From Octopus vulgaris (Eukaryota), in NCBI GenBank assembly GCA_951406725.2, contig OX597818.1:103354001-103418000 (forward strand): 64,000 bases of DNA. The letters run 5' to 3'. The notes beneath the pieces are model-generated. The model saw nothing but the letters and a program-made list of their open reading frames with translations, did no database searches and was not told the origin of the DNA. Positions within the stretch are counted from its first letter, which is position 1. Every line of letters starts with the position of its first letter. Positions 14,220-27,237 of the stretch are shown here, piece by piece. The translations under genes and the position numbers were made by a program.

Positions 14220-14624
14220 AAAGCAAATATGAAATTGCGTTGTCGCGGTCACAGTTATTATTTATGAAAATAATAAACAAAATACACGATTAGATGTCTG
14301 CGTCGTCAGAAATCGTTAGATATAAAATGACGCATGAAGACGTAAGTACTAAAGACTTACCAGTAAAGTATTTCTTCAGTAGCACAGCACGACTCCAATC
14401 ATTTGTCTTTAATGAATAACAGTGTTTGTAACCTAAGTATTGACGTTACTCTATGTAGTACGGAACTGTTGCAACCTACACAATTAGTAGCCATGTTATG
14501 AAAATGTCTATTTAGATGTGATTTTAATTATGGACGAAATGTGATGATATTTTAAAGGAAATGTGAAAAGGAATAATTTCTAAAGCGTATTTGACGATGG
14601 TGACAATGTCGTTCATGTTTGGAC

Positions 14625-15050
14625 GGGGGTGAGCTGGCAGAAACGTTAGCACGCCGGACGAAATGCTTAGTGGTATTTCGTCTGTCTTTACTTCTGCGTT
14701 CAAATTCCGTCGAAGTCGACTTTGCCTTTCATCCTTTCGGGGTCGGTTAAATAAGAACCAGTTGCGCACTGGAATCGATATAATCGATTTATCCGTTTGT
14801 CCGTCCTTGTTTTCCCCCTCTGTGTGTAGCCCATTGTAGGCAATAAAGAAATACTGAAGGTTAGCACGCCGGGCGAAATTCTTAGCGGTATTTCGTCTGT
14901 TGCTACGTTCTGAGTTCATATACCGCCGAAGTCGACTTCGCCATTTATCCTTTTGAGGTCGATAAATTAAGTACCAGTTGCAAACTGATTTCGATCTAAT
15001 CGACTGGCCCCTTCCCCTAAAATTTCGGGCGTTGTGACTACAGTAGAAAT
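14625..15050 (+). mobile_element. SINE family 1, two tandem copies
   Basis: Two successive head/core units. Confidence 0.85.
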
Positions 15051-15369
15051 GAGTGTTGGTCACGTTTGACTTAACGATGCCGAACATGATATCTTGTCTT
15101 TTTCAACTTCATGTCTTTTTTGAGGTTCTTTTCATGATCATCATCATCATTATCATCTCCATAATCAACATCAATTCGCCATCATCTTTATCATCGGTGT
15201 TGTCATTGCCATCTCCTTTTGTGGTCAACACGGTTATCTTCGTCGTTGTCATGCTAGCCATCATCATCAATGTCATCATCATCAACGTTTTCTCCTTCTA
15301 CTACCATCACTACCACCTCCACTCGCAGTGCACCTGTTCAGATAACGTAGATGTGATGTAATATGCGGC

Positions 15370-16500
15370 ACTAATATTTGATCACTGTAAGCAAATCATT
15401 TAGGCAGATCGTTCGGCAAAAGCTGAACACACGTACGCCGTCTTCGACGGGAGAGTCCATTAGGATTTCATTTGCTCTAGCTAATTCTGAAAGAGTTGAA
15501 AACAACCTGTTGCTGTTGCTAAGGGTCTCACATTGTCTTCTTCTATGGTACTTAATATCCAATAACAATCTCAAATTCCTCACGGTCCCCAAGAGCGCAT
15601 TTCTCTAAGCATGGGATATCATCCCGAATTTTTCCAAACAACTTCTCAAACCTGGTTGGATGAAGGCGGTGAGCTGGCAGAAACGTTAGCACGCCGCACG
15701 AAATGCTTAGCGGTATTCCCCTGCCGCTACGTCCTGAGTTCAAATTCTGCCGAGGTTGACCTTGCTTTTCATCCCTTTGGTGTCGATAAATTAAGTATCA
15801 GTTATGCACTGGGGTTGATGTAATCGATTTCATCCCTTTGTCTGTCCTTGTTTGTCTCCTTTATGTTTGGCCCCTTGCATGATAATTACTCTCTTAGTTG
15901 GCAATATTCATATAATCTTTTTGTGACTTGCACTCTTCGATCATTCCTAGTTATCTATCATCCTCTGCATTACTATACTGAAATTCTTTTGGCAAAGAAT
16001 GGTTTCCCATGTGGTCATCCACTTCGTCGGTGATCATTTCATCCATTTGCCCATCAGTTCTTTTGTGTAATGTTAGGAAATTCGTCATCTAGCATCTTTG
16101 TTCCACATCTGAATCTTGACATTTCCACTATGGAACATTCCTGTTGTCTCTTCGCTCACCATTTCAGTCGTTATCCTTATCTTTATCTTTTTTACACGGT
16201 TTTCCTCCAATTTTAATTCCTTCAACCATTCACCACCTTTTTTGATTTTCCCGTTCTCCCAGATGTTACTGCAACACCTCCCCCAATTTGTTTAGCATCA
16301 GGTTCCTCACCGCTGTTAACCTTTCAACTGCTGATAAACTCTGATCATTTTGGAACAATCAGCTAATCTAATACTGTTAAATTCTTTGATCATATCACTT
16401 AACGCTTATAACTTTCGCGTTGCAGTCATCGTTTCAACTCTTGAAGGACTACATTTAACCCCTTTTCTTGATCCTATATCTATGTTCTAGTTCCTGATAT
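15370..16500 (-). mobile_element. Decayed Dong/R4-clade (RLE) LINE remnant, internally deleted and interrupted by a SINE at 15662-15880
   Basis: Collinear minus-strand peptide traces: YDQRI..LFQNDQ..YQQLKG, SNIWEN..EWLKELK, MIEECKSQK..MNIA, and a C-terminal EKCA/LGTVRNLRLLLDI (cf. QKxALLGTARILRKVL). Confidence 0.55.
15662..15880 (+). mobile_element. SINE family 1 inserted in R4/Dong remnant
   Basis: Full head, core and tail. Confidence 0.85.
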
Positions 16501-16535
16501 CTTCCCTTCCTTATTCCACCTTATTTCTTTCTTTC

Positions 16536-16937
16536 CAGAAATGTTAGCACGCCGTGCGAAATGCTTAGCGGTGTTTCGTCTGCCGCTACGTTCTGAGTTC
16601 AAATTCCGCCGAGGTCGACTTTGCCTTTCATCCTTTCGGGGTCGATTAAATAAGTACCACTTACGCACTGGGGTCGATGTAATCGACTTAATCCGTTTGT
16701 CTGTCCTTGTTTGTCCTCTGTGTGTAGCCTCTTGTAGGTAGTAAAGAAATAGGTATTTCGTCTGCCCTACGTTCTGAGTTCAAATTCCACCGAGGTCGAC
16801 TTTGCGTTTGATCATTTCGGGTTCGATAAATTATGTACCAGTTACGCACTGGGATCTATGTAATCGACTTTATCCCTTTGTCTATCCTTCTTTGTCCCTC
16901 TATGTTTAGCTCCTTGTGGTCAATAAAGAAATAAGAA
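16536..16937 (+). mobile_element. SINE family 1 dimer
   Basis: Two units joined by AAAGAAATAGGTATTTCGTCTGCC. Confidence 0.85.
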
Positions 16938-18636
16938 TCATATATATACATAGTGACATTCATATGTGGACACATTAACACACACATCATTTATGTATCA
17001 GAGAAATTGTACCATCATATGGCAGAGGAATTATTAGTTCTTGTGTAATCATGTAGCTACATTCTGTATAGTATAGTAATGCTCTTCCCTTGAACAGCCA
17101 TTTCGGAACATTTACCCTCTCGCTGTAATTCAACGAAGCTTTTAACCAATAAGCAATGATTCTGATATTTAAAGCACTGAACTGTATCAATTATGGTCAC
17201 AGTGTACAAGTTGATGGATTAACCCGTTAAAGATTGAAATTATTTGGCGTGTGTATATGAGAACGATTGATTGGATAAGAATTAAGATCCATTAATCATG
17301 CTCAATATAATACGCAAACAGATACATTTATCATTGCCACTCATACATATACGGCCACACAGCCAACCACATAGGCGTAAAGAAACACATACATACAACC
17401 CGCCATACATATGTGTGTGTGATTGCGTTTGTGTGTGTGTGTGGAGAGAGAGAGAGAGAGAGACAGAGAGAGACAGAGAAGACCCGAGAAGGAAAGAGGC
17501 TAAGAAATGGAAAAACAAATGATAGACAAGTACGTGTATTTGGCATTATATCATAATATTTTTTGTTACATAAACGTAAAAATATATATTTGTCGTAGAA
17601 ACAATATTTTCCATTAATAACCTTTACAAATGTTTCAAAAATTCCGCAGTTCTTTTATATAATAATGTGTCTAACGGAGATCCACGTGCATACTGATGCA
17701 ATGAAATCTATGAAACAAGTAGAAATGATTAACACTTAACATGATTCTTGTATATGTTCCAGATGTGTAAACATTACTACATCAAGCAATCGTTGAAAGC
17801 TTTGAAGATCTATCATAAACTATATTTCTCTTGGCCGAACGTACTAATTGCTACATGTACTCTATTTTCGAGCTTAGAACGGCATACGGATATATAAGTC
17901 ACACGGGCGTATAAGGCGTGCCCCAATTATCGCAATCCTAATTCATGTGTAAAAAAATGCAGCTAACCCTGAAACCCCAAGCTGAATTTCTTACACAGTT
18001 ACATGTATAAGAACCATCACAATTTAGACTGACGATCTTTGGTAAATTATTATGACAGGCAAAGCAAATATCACAACTGACCTCTATCGTAACTAGCACT
18101 GTCCATCTAAAATAACACTAACCAACTCTGCCGAAAACCTGACCATTTGCATATAAGGTACAAAGGAACATTGGGGGAAAATTTTACGAGAAAAGCTACT
18201 CCGTATATGTCGACAAAGAAAATGAGAATGCATGTTTATGTCTTTTGCGTATACATGTTTATACGAAAATATACAGGCTGTTCATGTAAGTATTTTTTAT
18301 ACGTAACTATTTCGGCTAGATTTTCACTACCAAACTGCATGTCGTTGTCGTTAACCCATTCTCAACACGCTGCGAAAATTATTATTTGTCTACCATATCT
18401 GTCTGTCAAAGAAGTTGAATAAAGCCTTATTTCCAATTCGGCAATTCTGTTCTCCTTACAAACGTTCGTCAGTCTGAAATTGTCCGTTCTGTACTCCGGT
18501 ATTTACATTTCAACTACATTTTTTAAGCTTGGTATTTATTCTGTCGTTTCTTTTTTACCAAGCGCTAGTTTATAGGAAAGTTAACGAAGAAATACCGGCT
18601 GTCAAGCTTCACACATATTTTCTCTCTCTATCTCTC

Positions 18637-18679
<43 letters not shown>

Positions 18680-18682
<3 letters not shown>

Positions 18683-18866
18683 GATAGATCGTTAGCTCCT
18701 ACACGAATTTTTTTATCTCCTTGTTTTTTTCTCTGTATCTTTCTGTCGAAGAGCGTAGGCTCGAAACGTAAAATACTTTTTCTATTCCTGAGCGCTATAC
18801 TAATACATTTGTTTGTCTGTACTCCACCTGCCTTCGTCTTTTGTTTATTTTCGTAAACTTTCCCTA
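18680..18866 (+). mobile_element. ~190-bp hammerhead-bearing non-coding element, family A (other copies 58502-58700 minus, 3907-4030 minus partial, 62976-63083 minus partial)
   Basis: The two full copies share the 5' start ATGATAGATCGTTAGC and the 3' end TCGTAAACT..CCCT-(AT)n. All four copies share the body and abut microsatellites. Confidence 0.8.
18739..18774 (+). ncRNA. Minimal hammerhead variant (same family)
   Basis: cttt-CTGTCGA-A-gagc-gtag-gctc-GAAACGTA-aaat. Confidence 0.6.
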
Positions 18867-18884
18867 TATATATATATATGTGTG

Positions 18885-18952
<68 letters not shown>

Positions 18953-18976
18953 TGTGTGTGAGTGTGTGTGTGTGTG

Positions 18977-19170
18977 ACCGCGTGTGTACCGTTGGCGATT
19001 TTTTTCATCCGTCTTCCCTTCTTTGGTTCTTTCCTTTTTCTATGTTTATGGCGAAGAGCTCCGCTCGAAACGTTAAGCCCTCCTTCTTTCCTGAGCGCCC
19101 AATAATACTATACTTGTTCCACGTCCTCGCGTTGTTGTGTTTTATCTTTGTGTTTTCATGATTGGATGAA

Positions 19171-19226
<56 letters not shown>

Positions 19227-19335
19227 TTCATCCAATCATGAAAACACAAAGATAAAACACAACAACGCGAGGACGTGGAACAAGTATAGTATTATTGGGC
19301 GCTCAGGAAAGAAGGAGGGCTTAACGTTTCGAGCG
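18977..19335 (+). mobile_element. Hammerhead-bearing element family B with inverted duplicate across (TA)n
   Basis: gttt-ATGGCGA-A-gagc-tcc-gctc-GAAACGTTA (19044-19075, degenerate core). 19062-19174 is repeated inverted at 19223-19335. Confidence 0.7.
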
Positions 19336-19744
19336 TTGTCACTAATGTGTCACAATGTTCTAAAAGAAATATGTTACGTTTAGTAGTGCATTTATTTAAT
19401 TGATCAGTTTCCGTAAAATAGATATGAATAACATTAATTGGTTAAATCATTCCATAAAATATACTGACTGTATGGAAACGTATGGTCTAGTAATACGTAC
19501 GTACATGTGTGTGCCTCTGAGTGTGAGAGACGCTATGTGCTTGTGTACTTCTTTGTAAGCAGAATATTCTAATATGAATCCACTTGATCAACGATTTATA
19601 AGATATGCAGGCTAAACATTTAGAGCACTTACGAAATATAAGCTAATACGTATTAAGTTATATATATATATATATTCATGCATATATATATACATGTGTG
19701 TGTGTGAGTGTGTGTATGTGTGTATATATTTACGTTCGCTGTCA

Positions 19745-19801
<57 letters not shown>

Positions 19802-19804
19802 TAC

Positions 19805-19915
<111 letters not shown>

Positions 19916-20544
19916 TTGATCCGCATATAAATACGTATTAATGTATTTAGAAACGAAGATGTTTCCTGAACAATATCTTTAGCAATAATATTTAGTATAT
20001 ATCATCTAAAATGCCACGAAGAAGACAGAGTTTAGACGTGCAGTATCTGCAACCGAATTCGTATTCTTATTACTCCATTAAAATATGACGATTTTCAGTT
20101 TAGGATTAAGGCCCCACTGTGGATGCAGTATGAAAAAGCAGAGTTCCAGGCAACCACAATGCCGCCACCGTGAATATACGTAGAAACTAATAGAATACAA
20201 CTGTACTTATCGTAATTTCGCATATACACACGCACCCGCACACACACATACCCACACACACACACACAAGCACACAGACACGTGTGTATGTGATAGTCCC
20301 CCACCCGCTTGCCATCTATTGCTGCTTTGTCTCTTCTTTTGTAAACGTCAGAAATAGGACAACTATCAGTCAGAGGATAAGATTAAATATTAATGTCGAT
20401 TTGATCAACACAATCCTTTTAAGTGACTTTGCTGCATATCTGCTCAACAATGACTGTAACGGAATAAAGTAAGAATACAAATAATCAAAAGTATATAGGC
20501 GTGAAAAATATTTTATTTGCTTCCGTAAGATATTTGTATTTTGA

Positions 20545-20960
20545 AGACGGCGAGCTGGCAGAAACGTTAGCGTACCGGGCGAGATGCTGAGCTGTATTTC
20601 ATCTGCCGCTACGTTGTGAGTTCAAATTCCGCCGAGGTCGACTTTCCCTTTCATCCTTTCGGGGTCGATTAAATAAGTACCAGTTACGCACTGGTGTCGA
20701 TATAATTGATTTAATCCGTTTGTCTGTCCTTGTTTGTCCTTTCTGTGTTTAGATCCATGTGGGTAGTAAAGAAATAGGTATTTCGTCTGCCGTTACGTTC
20801 TGAGTTCAAATTCCGCCGAGGTCGACTTTGCCTTTCTTCATTCGGGGTCAATGAATTAAGTACTATTTATGCACTGAGGTCGAGGTAATCGACATAATCC
20901 ATTTGTCTGTCCTTATTTGTCCCATCTATGTTTAGCTCCTTGTGGGCAATAAAGAAATAA
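20545..20960 (+). mobile_element. tRNA-derived SINE family 1, dimeric copy with 23-bp TSD
   Basis: GGCGAGCTGGCAGAAACGTTAGC (A box), GAGTTCAAATTCC (B box) and central GCCTTTCATCCTTTCGGGGTCGAT. TSD taagatatttgtattttgaagac at 20526-20548 and 20958-20980. Confidence 0.9.
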
Positions 20961-21751
20961 GATATTTGTATTTTGAAGACATGCAATTAACGTTAATATC
21001 ATTCTCACGATTACCCTGCATTATTATCTCAGTAACCTTCAAATCAAAATAACTGCTGGTGTGTAAGAAATTGAAAAGAAATTAAATAAAATATGGATCT
21101 TGCATTAAAGATACTTACAATCTAAATCAACTAAAATCAACATAAATGGCAGTTATTCTGGAAAAAAATCAATGGCCTTAATGAACATCCCAGATAAACA
21201 GAAATAAGAAGAAGTAAATTTAATGGATTATTTTAGAAACATACGAAGCATGTATTTGCTAAATGATAGAATGCATTCTAGAAATCCAGTGCCTTTGTTC
21301 CTTTTTAAACAGCATGTAATATAACAAGTATTAGGTAATTACAATGACACGGGGAATACTTTCAGAGAATAATCTATTGATATTCTGATTTTGTAGGTGT
21401 GACAATATTAAGGAATCTGAAGTATCCTTTAATTAATTTAATCAATTGAAGCGTAACAGGATGCGTACAGGTTAATAAGCATATTCTGGAAATTGTGAAG
21501 TGATTCGGATTATCTTCAGAGATTAATTATAAAGTGTCAAGAAATTACTGACAATGAAGAAAACTAAATTCAACGGAAGGCAATGTAAGTGGTAGGAAAA
21601 TATAGGGAAAAAGATATGCGGGGGATGAATTAGTGAAGGCATCACATAATACATATATGTAAACAAAAGAATGACATTTGCACATATACATATATATATA
21701 GGAATATGTATGAAATCCTTGGTACACTTGGGTATATTTGAAAAAAATAAT

Positions 21752-22100
21752 GTGCAGAGTGGCTGTGAGGTAAGTAGCTTGCTTAAGAACAACATGGTCA
21801 TGGGTTCAGTCCCACTGCGTGGCTCACTTGGCCAAGTGTATTCTACTATAGCCTCGGGCCGACTAAAGCCTTCTAAGTGGATTTGGTGGATGGAAACTGG
21901 AAGAATCCCGTCGTAAATGTATATATATATATATATATGCGTGTGTGTGTGTATATATATTTGTGTGTCCGTGTTTGTCCCCCAACATCGCTTGACAACA
22001 GATGGTGGTGTGTTTACGTCCCCGTAACCTAGCGGTTCGGCAAAAGAGACCGATAGAATAAGTACTAGGCTTACACAAAATAAGCTCTGAGGTCGATTTG
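21752..22100 (+). mobile_element. tRNA-derived SINE family 2 (CORE-like) with internal TA/TG microsatellite
   Basis: GAGTGGCTGTGAGGTAAG A box, GGGTTCAGTCCC B box and a CORE-like segment (ACCTTGGGC[A/G]AGT in the better copies). Homologous to 38531-38567+40264-40710, 51900-52260 and 58790-59215. Confidence 0.85.
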
Positions 22101-22215
22101 CCTAATAGTGGTTTTATCTCAAATTTAATATAATATAATATTTTACTATAAAATTGGATTCAATCCTAGATCTGATTTTTCCCTGTAAGTTTGGATTTAT
22201 TCCTTAATATTTTAT

Positions 22216-22282
<67 letters not shown>

Positions 22283-22380
22283 GAGAAAAATGGTTAATAG
22301 CATATAGTTTTCTGGTGCATCTAATTTAAGTACCGCATTCAAGTGAATTCAATAGAACTCACTTGAATCTTAATTGCTTT

Positions 22381-22457
<77 letters not shown>

Positions 22458-22538
22458 TAGATAGATATTAGCGGAGATGTATATAGTGAGTGAGAGGGTG
22501 AGGCATAAATAAATATAATACATAAAAGAAATAGCGTT

Positions 22539-22637
<99 letters not shown>

Positions 22638-23147
22638 ATATGCAAGTTGCATGTAGTTCATCTTCGCAAATATACACATATTAACACGGTAGAACGACAC
22701 AGCGTAAATTAAATTGTGAAAATGAAAATAAGTTGTGTATGATTGAGAGATGTCGGCTAAAGGATAATGTAAAAGATGAGTGTGTTTGCAAATGTAACAA
22801 AAGTTAAGAAATGCAAATTCTGAGAAAATCTGCTGGAGAAATATAATTGCGTCGTCTGTTCTTCGCGAGAAATAATGCATACATTTAAATATTTAAAAAT
22901 CACAGAAGGTAGAACGTTGATCTCTGACTTCTAGTGTCACACATATGAATTGCGGAAAATCAGAATTGAAGCCAAAGATGAACGTTAGCAATAATGTGTT
23001 GCATTGAGGTTTAGCAAGGATTCCTGAATCAGTAAAACAATAATTTTAAGGAAATAATAAGGAAGAAAATGAAATTAACGCGATTCGAAAAGGCTCATCC
23101 CATTAGATTTCCCTTTTCATGAACAGTATGTAAACTAAGCTTATTAT

Positions 23148-23612
23148 CAAGGCGACGAGCTGGCAGAAACATTAGCACGCCGAGCGAAATGTGTACCCGT
23201 TTTTCATCTGCCGTTACGTTCTGAGTTGAAATTCCGCCGAGGTTTACTTTGCCTTTCATCCTTTCAGGGTCGATAAATTAAGTACCAGTTACGCACTGGG
23301 GTCGATGTAATCGACTTAATCCGTATGTCTGCCTTTGTTTGTCCCCTCTGTGTTTAGCCCCTTGTGGGTAGTAAAGAAACATATACTTTAAGGGCGGCGA
23401 GCTGGCAGAACCGTTAGCTCGCCTGCCGAAATGCTTAGCGGTATTTCGTCTGTCGTTACGTTCTGGGTTCAAATTCCGGCGAAGTCGCCTTTGCCTTTCA
23501 TCCTTTCGGGGTCGATAAATAAAGTACCAGTTTCGCACTGGGGTCGATGTAATCGACTTAATCCCTTTGTCTGTCCTCTCTATGTTTAGCCCCTTATGGG
23601 CAGTAAAGAAAT
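23148..23612 (+). mobile_element. SINE family 1, two full tandem copies
   Basis: Heads at ~23148 and ~23390. Confidence 0.85.
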
Positions 23613-23919
23613 ATATATTTACACTTACACACAAACTAAAAAATTATAACCACTCACGAGAGCGATATCAGGTTTCACTTCCTTTGCTACGAGTCGTGTT
23701 GTTTTTCTTTAAACAAAACGTTTTGTTTCACGTTGCTCTGCGATACATTTCGTTTTTTTTTAACGTTTGGCATATCTATACTTGTACTGGTAATGTCGAT
23801 TTGATGGTGGGAGTGTGCATATGTACGTTACCATGTCATTCGTGCGGGTAGTTCAGTAAGAAAATGCGGAATGTCTTGAGAACCTCCTAAGAAGAAAGGA
23901 TTATTAGCCGGATGTTTTT

Positions 23920-24355
23920 AGTCTTTTCTACTGTAGGCACAAGAACCGAAATTTAGGGGTGGAAGGCCAGTCGATTAGATCGACCACAGTCCCCAACTGG
24001 TACTTAATTTATCGACCCCGAAAGGATAAAATGCAAAGTCGACATCGGCGGAATTTGAACTCAGAAAATCAAGACAGATGAAATACTGCTGGGCATTTCG
24101 CCCGGCGTGCTAAAGTTCCTTATTTCTTTATTGCCCAGAAGGGGCTAAACATAGTGGGGACAAACAAGGACAGATAAATGGATTAAGTCGATTACATCGA
24201 CCCCAGTGCGTAACTGGTACTTATTTTTATCGACCCCGAAAGGATAAAATGCAAATTCGACCTCGGCGGAAATTGAACTCAGAATGTCAAGACAGACGAA
24301 TTAACGCCAGGCATTTGAACCGGCGTGCTAATGTTTCTGCCAGATCGCCGCCTTG
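23920..24355 (-). mobile_element. SINE family 1, two copies
   Basis: Reverse-complement head/core units. Confidence 0.85.
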
Positions 24356-24867
24356 TTTTTCTATATTTATTGACTGATCAATTGTGTTGGTACATTCGAA
24401 TTTGCTACTTATGATCGTAGATAAATTCATTTATGTTGCAAGTAGTTGCAACATAAATGTAGTTGTTCACGGTGATGAATTTTGGCAGTGTATGACGGTA
24501 AGTAGGATAGAAGGTGTCCCATCCGTGACAAATCCATTTCTCATACAGGCGTAGACTGACAACTTATTTTATCTTGGATGATCGCATTTAAAACGATCCT
24601 GTAGATTAATTTTATGGTGAATGTTGAGAAGAAGCATACGAATTAGAAATGGATGAGACCGATATCTTGTGCCAGTGTTCCGAGACATCATTTCAAAATT
24701 GATTCAACTAAACAAGAAAATAAAATAGAAAGACATTGATCACGCCTTATAATTAAATATTGCTTTGAAATTTTGGAACAAGACCAACAATTTTGGAATA
24801 AGTGAAAATCGAAGCATCGAACCCAAAAACATTAAAATGCAAATGAACCTCTACGAAATTTCAATCT

Positions 24868-25510
24868 TGGCTGAAACATTAGCACGCCAGGCGAAATGTG
24901 TACCCGTATTTCGCTGCCTTTACGTTCTGAGTTCAAATTCCGCCGAGGTCGACTTTGCCTTTCATATTTTCGGGGTCGATAAATTAAGTACCAGTTACGC
25001 ACTGGGGTCGATATAAGCGACTTAATCCGTTTGTCTGTCCTTGTTTGTCCCCTCTGTGTTTAGCCCCCTGTGGGTAGTAAAGAAATAGGCATTTCCTCTG
25101 TCTTTACGTTGAGCTCGAATTCTGCCGAAGACGACTTTACCTTTCATCCTTTCGGGGTCGATAAATTAAATACCTGTTGCGTACTGACTGTCCCACCCCC
25201 AAAAAAATTTCAGGCATAGTGCCTAGAGTAGAAAAGTATCTAGAATATAAATACTAACGAAATACTAACGAAATGCGTCTTCCAAAATATTCTGTCAACT
25301 CACCGCCTTATTGTGCGTTAATATTGTTTTCAATTTGTTTACACAAGGCTAGCAGGTTTGGGAAATCGACCCCAGTACTCAACTGGTTTTTCTTTTATAA
25401 AACCCGAAAATAAGAAAGGCAAATACGAACTTGCTGTAATTTGAAGTTAGAACGTATAGTCGAATGAAATTCAGTAAGCTTTATGGCAGGCTTGATAAAA
25501 ATTTCGCCTT
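24868..25510. mobile_element. SINE family 1 dimer (plus) followed by degenerate minus-strand fragments
   Basis: Family 1 motifs, with the dimer junction near 25080-25100. Confidence 0.8.
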
Positions 25511-26530
25511 ATAATAGCTCAATATCAATATTGCTTTCACGTATAATGGAAATGGTGCAAATCTTTGCAGTGCTAATTTCAGGACTACTTTTGTACAATT
25601 TGCAGAGCTAGGAAGTTTGAATAACATACATGCTCTTAAGAAAATGTAAAACGATGAGTACAGTGTATTTTAGATGATAGTGTGTATCGTACTTGTATCT
25701 TAATTTACTAGACGACATTAAAATATGGACTGTAATTCGATTTAAGCTATAACACTTCAGAGATATATGAATATTTTAATGTCACAACATTAATTTAACT
25801 TGTACTAACGTAAGCTGTAACTGATATTGTCGGCTGAGTGTTGCTATTGTCGGAAGCCGTAACAAGTACCATGACTAAACGAAGTAATTGTAATTGTCAT
25901 ATATATATTGAAATATTTACATTATTTCGCAATAATAGTTATACGTTGCTTCTTTCAGTCATTGAACAACAGTCAGGCTGGAGCATCACTTTAAAGAGTT
26001 TTAACCAAATATATCGACCTTAGTATTCTTTTCTAAAACCTGGTAATTTCATATTACAAAATTACAGGGAAGTTATTTCCGAGTCCACAGGGGAGAGAAG
26101 TTCAATTTAGTGGTACTAAAAGGAATTACTAACTGTATTATATACATATATATATATATATATATATAAAGATAGGTTTAAGAGACAAAATCACCTTCAA
26201 GCAACTCAATCTTCATTGGATGACGTTAACTACACTATGTACATATAGGAATACACCTTAAAATTATCAAAATTAATACCTACAATTCTTATTCCAAATT
26301 ATCCAAATTAATACCTTCAATTCTTATTTCAAATGATATTCTTTATATTATCTAGATTACGCGTGTTTCATGACAACATATTCCTAGATATTGCTGAAAT
26401 AGAATGTCACTAAATACAATACCATATTAAAACGATTATATTGCCAATCTTGAGGTCTATCTAACATGAACCTATTTTGCAATTTACATCCTCATGACAA
26501 ACTAAAATTATATAACTAAAACTATAATCA

Positions 26531-27172
26531 TACGAGATATGGTCAATAAGTATCGGGGATGCTGCAATATTAACGAAGCTAAAACTCGCAGAGTGAAGCT
26601 GCTTGGCGAAAATTGACCTAGAATACGGCTATGCGTGCATATTAAGTTTTCGCGTTCTAGCTCACTTCTGCTATTTACAGCACTGCTTGGAAGTAAGGTA
26701 TGTAGCGTGTGATCCTCACATTGACCATGGCCGACAAAGTTGTTACAGCAACATCTGCTCAGAGGCCTAGGCAAAGTTCCAGAAAGTGTATAAAGAGGAG
26801 TGTATGCGTCATACACAAGTGTACGAATGCTTCAGATGTTTCCAAAATGGCTGAAAAAATGTAGATATAGATGAACGTTCTGAGAGACCAGCAACCAGCG
26901 TTAGATGAAAAGGCTTCGGAAATTTGCATAGGCCTTTGCACAAGAATACCCAAGCATTTGGCAAAATTTGATGCAGACTCTCTGCTCAACTTTCTCTATG
27001 ATGGTCAAAGTGGCAATCACACGCTAAACACGTTCATTCCAAGCACTGCTATAAAAATCGGAAGTGAGCATGTGAGCAGAGTTCAAGGCTAATCTGTGCC
27101 AAGCGGGTTCAATCCGCGTACTTTAGCGTTGTTACTATGGCAAGAGCCCGGATACTTATTGAGCAGATCATA
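26531..27172. mobile_element. Tc1/mariner-type MITE with long (~230 bp) imperfect TIRs
   Basis: Left TCAATAAGTATCGGGGATGCTGCAATATTAACGAAGCTAAA vs right-end reverse complement TCAATAAGTATCCGGGCTCTTGCCATAGTAACAACGCTAAA. An inner CAGCACTGCTTGGAA / TTCCAAGCACTGCT match extends the TIR, and both ends are TA. Confidence 0.7.
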
Positions 27173-27202
27173 TATCTATCTATATATCTATCTATCTATC
27201 TA

Positions 27203-27237
<35 letters not shown>

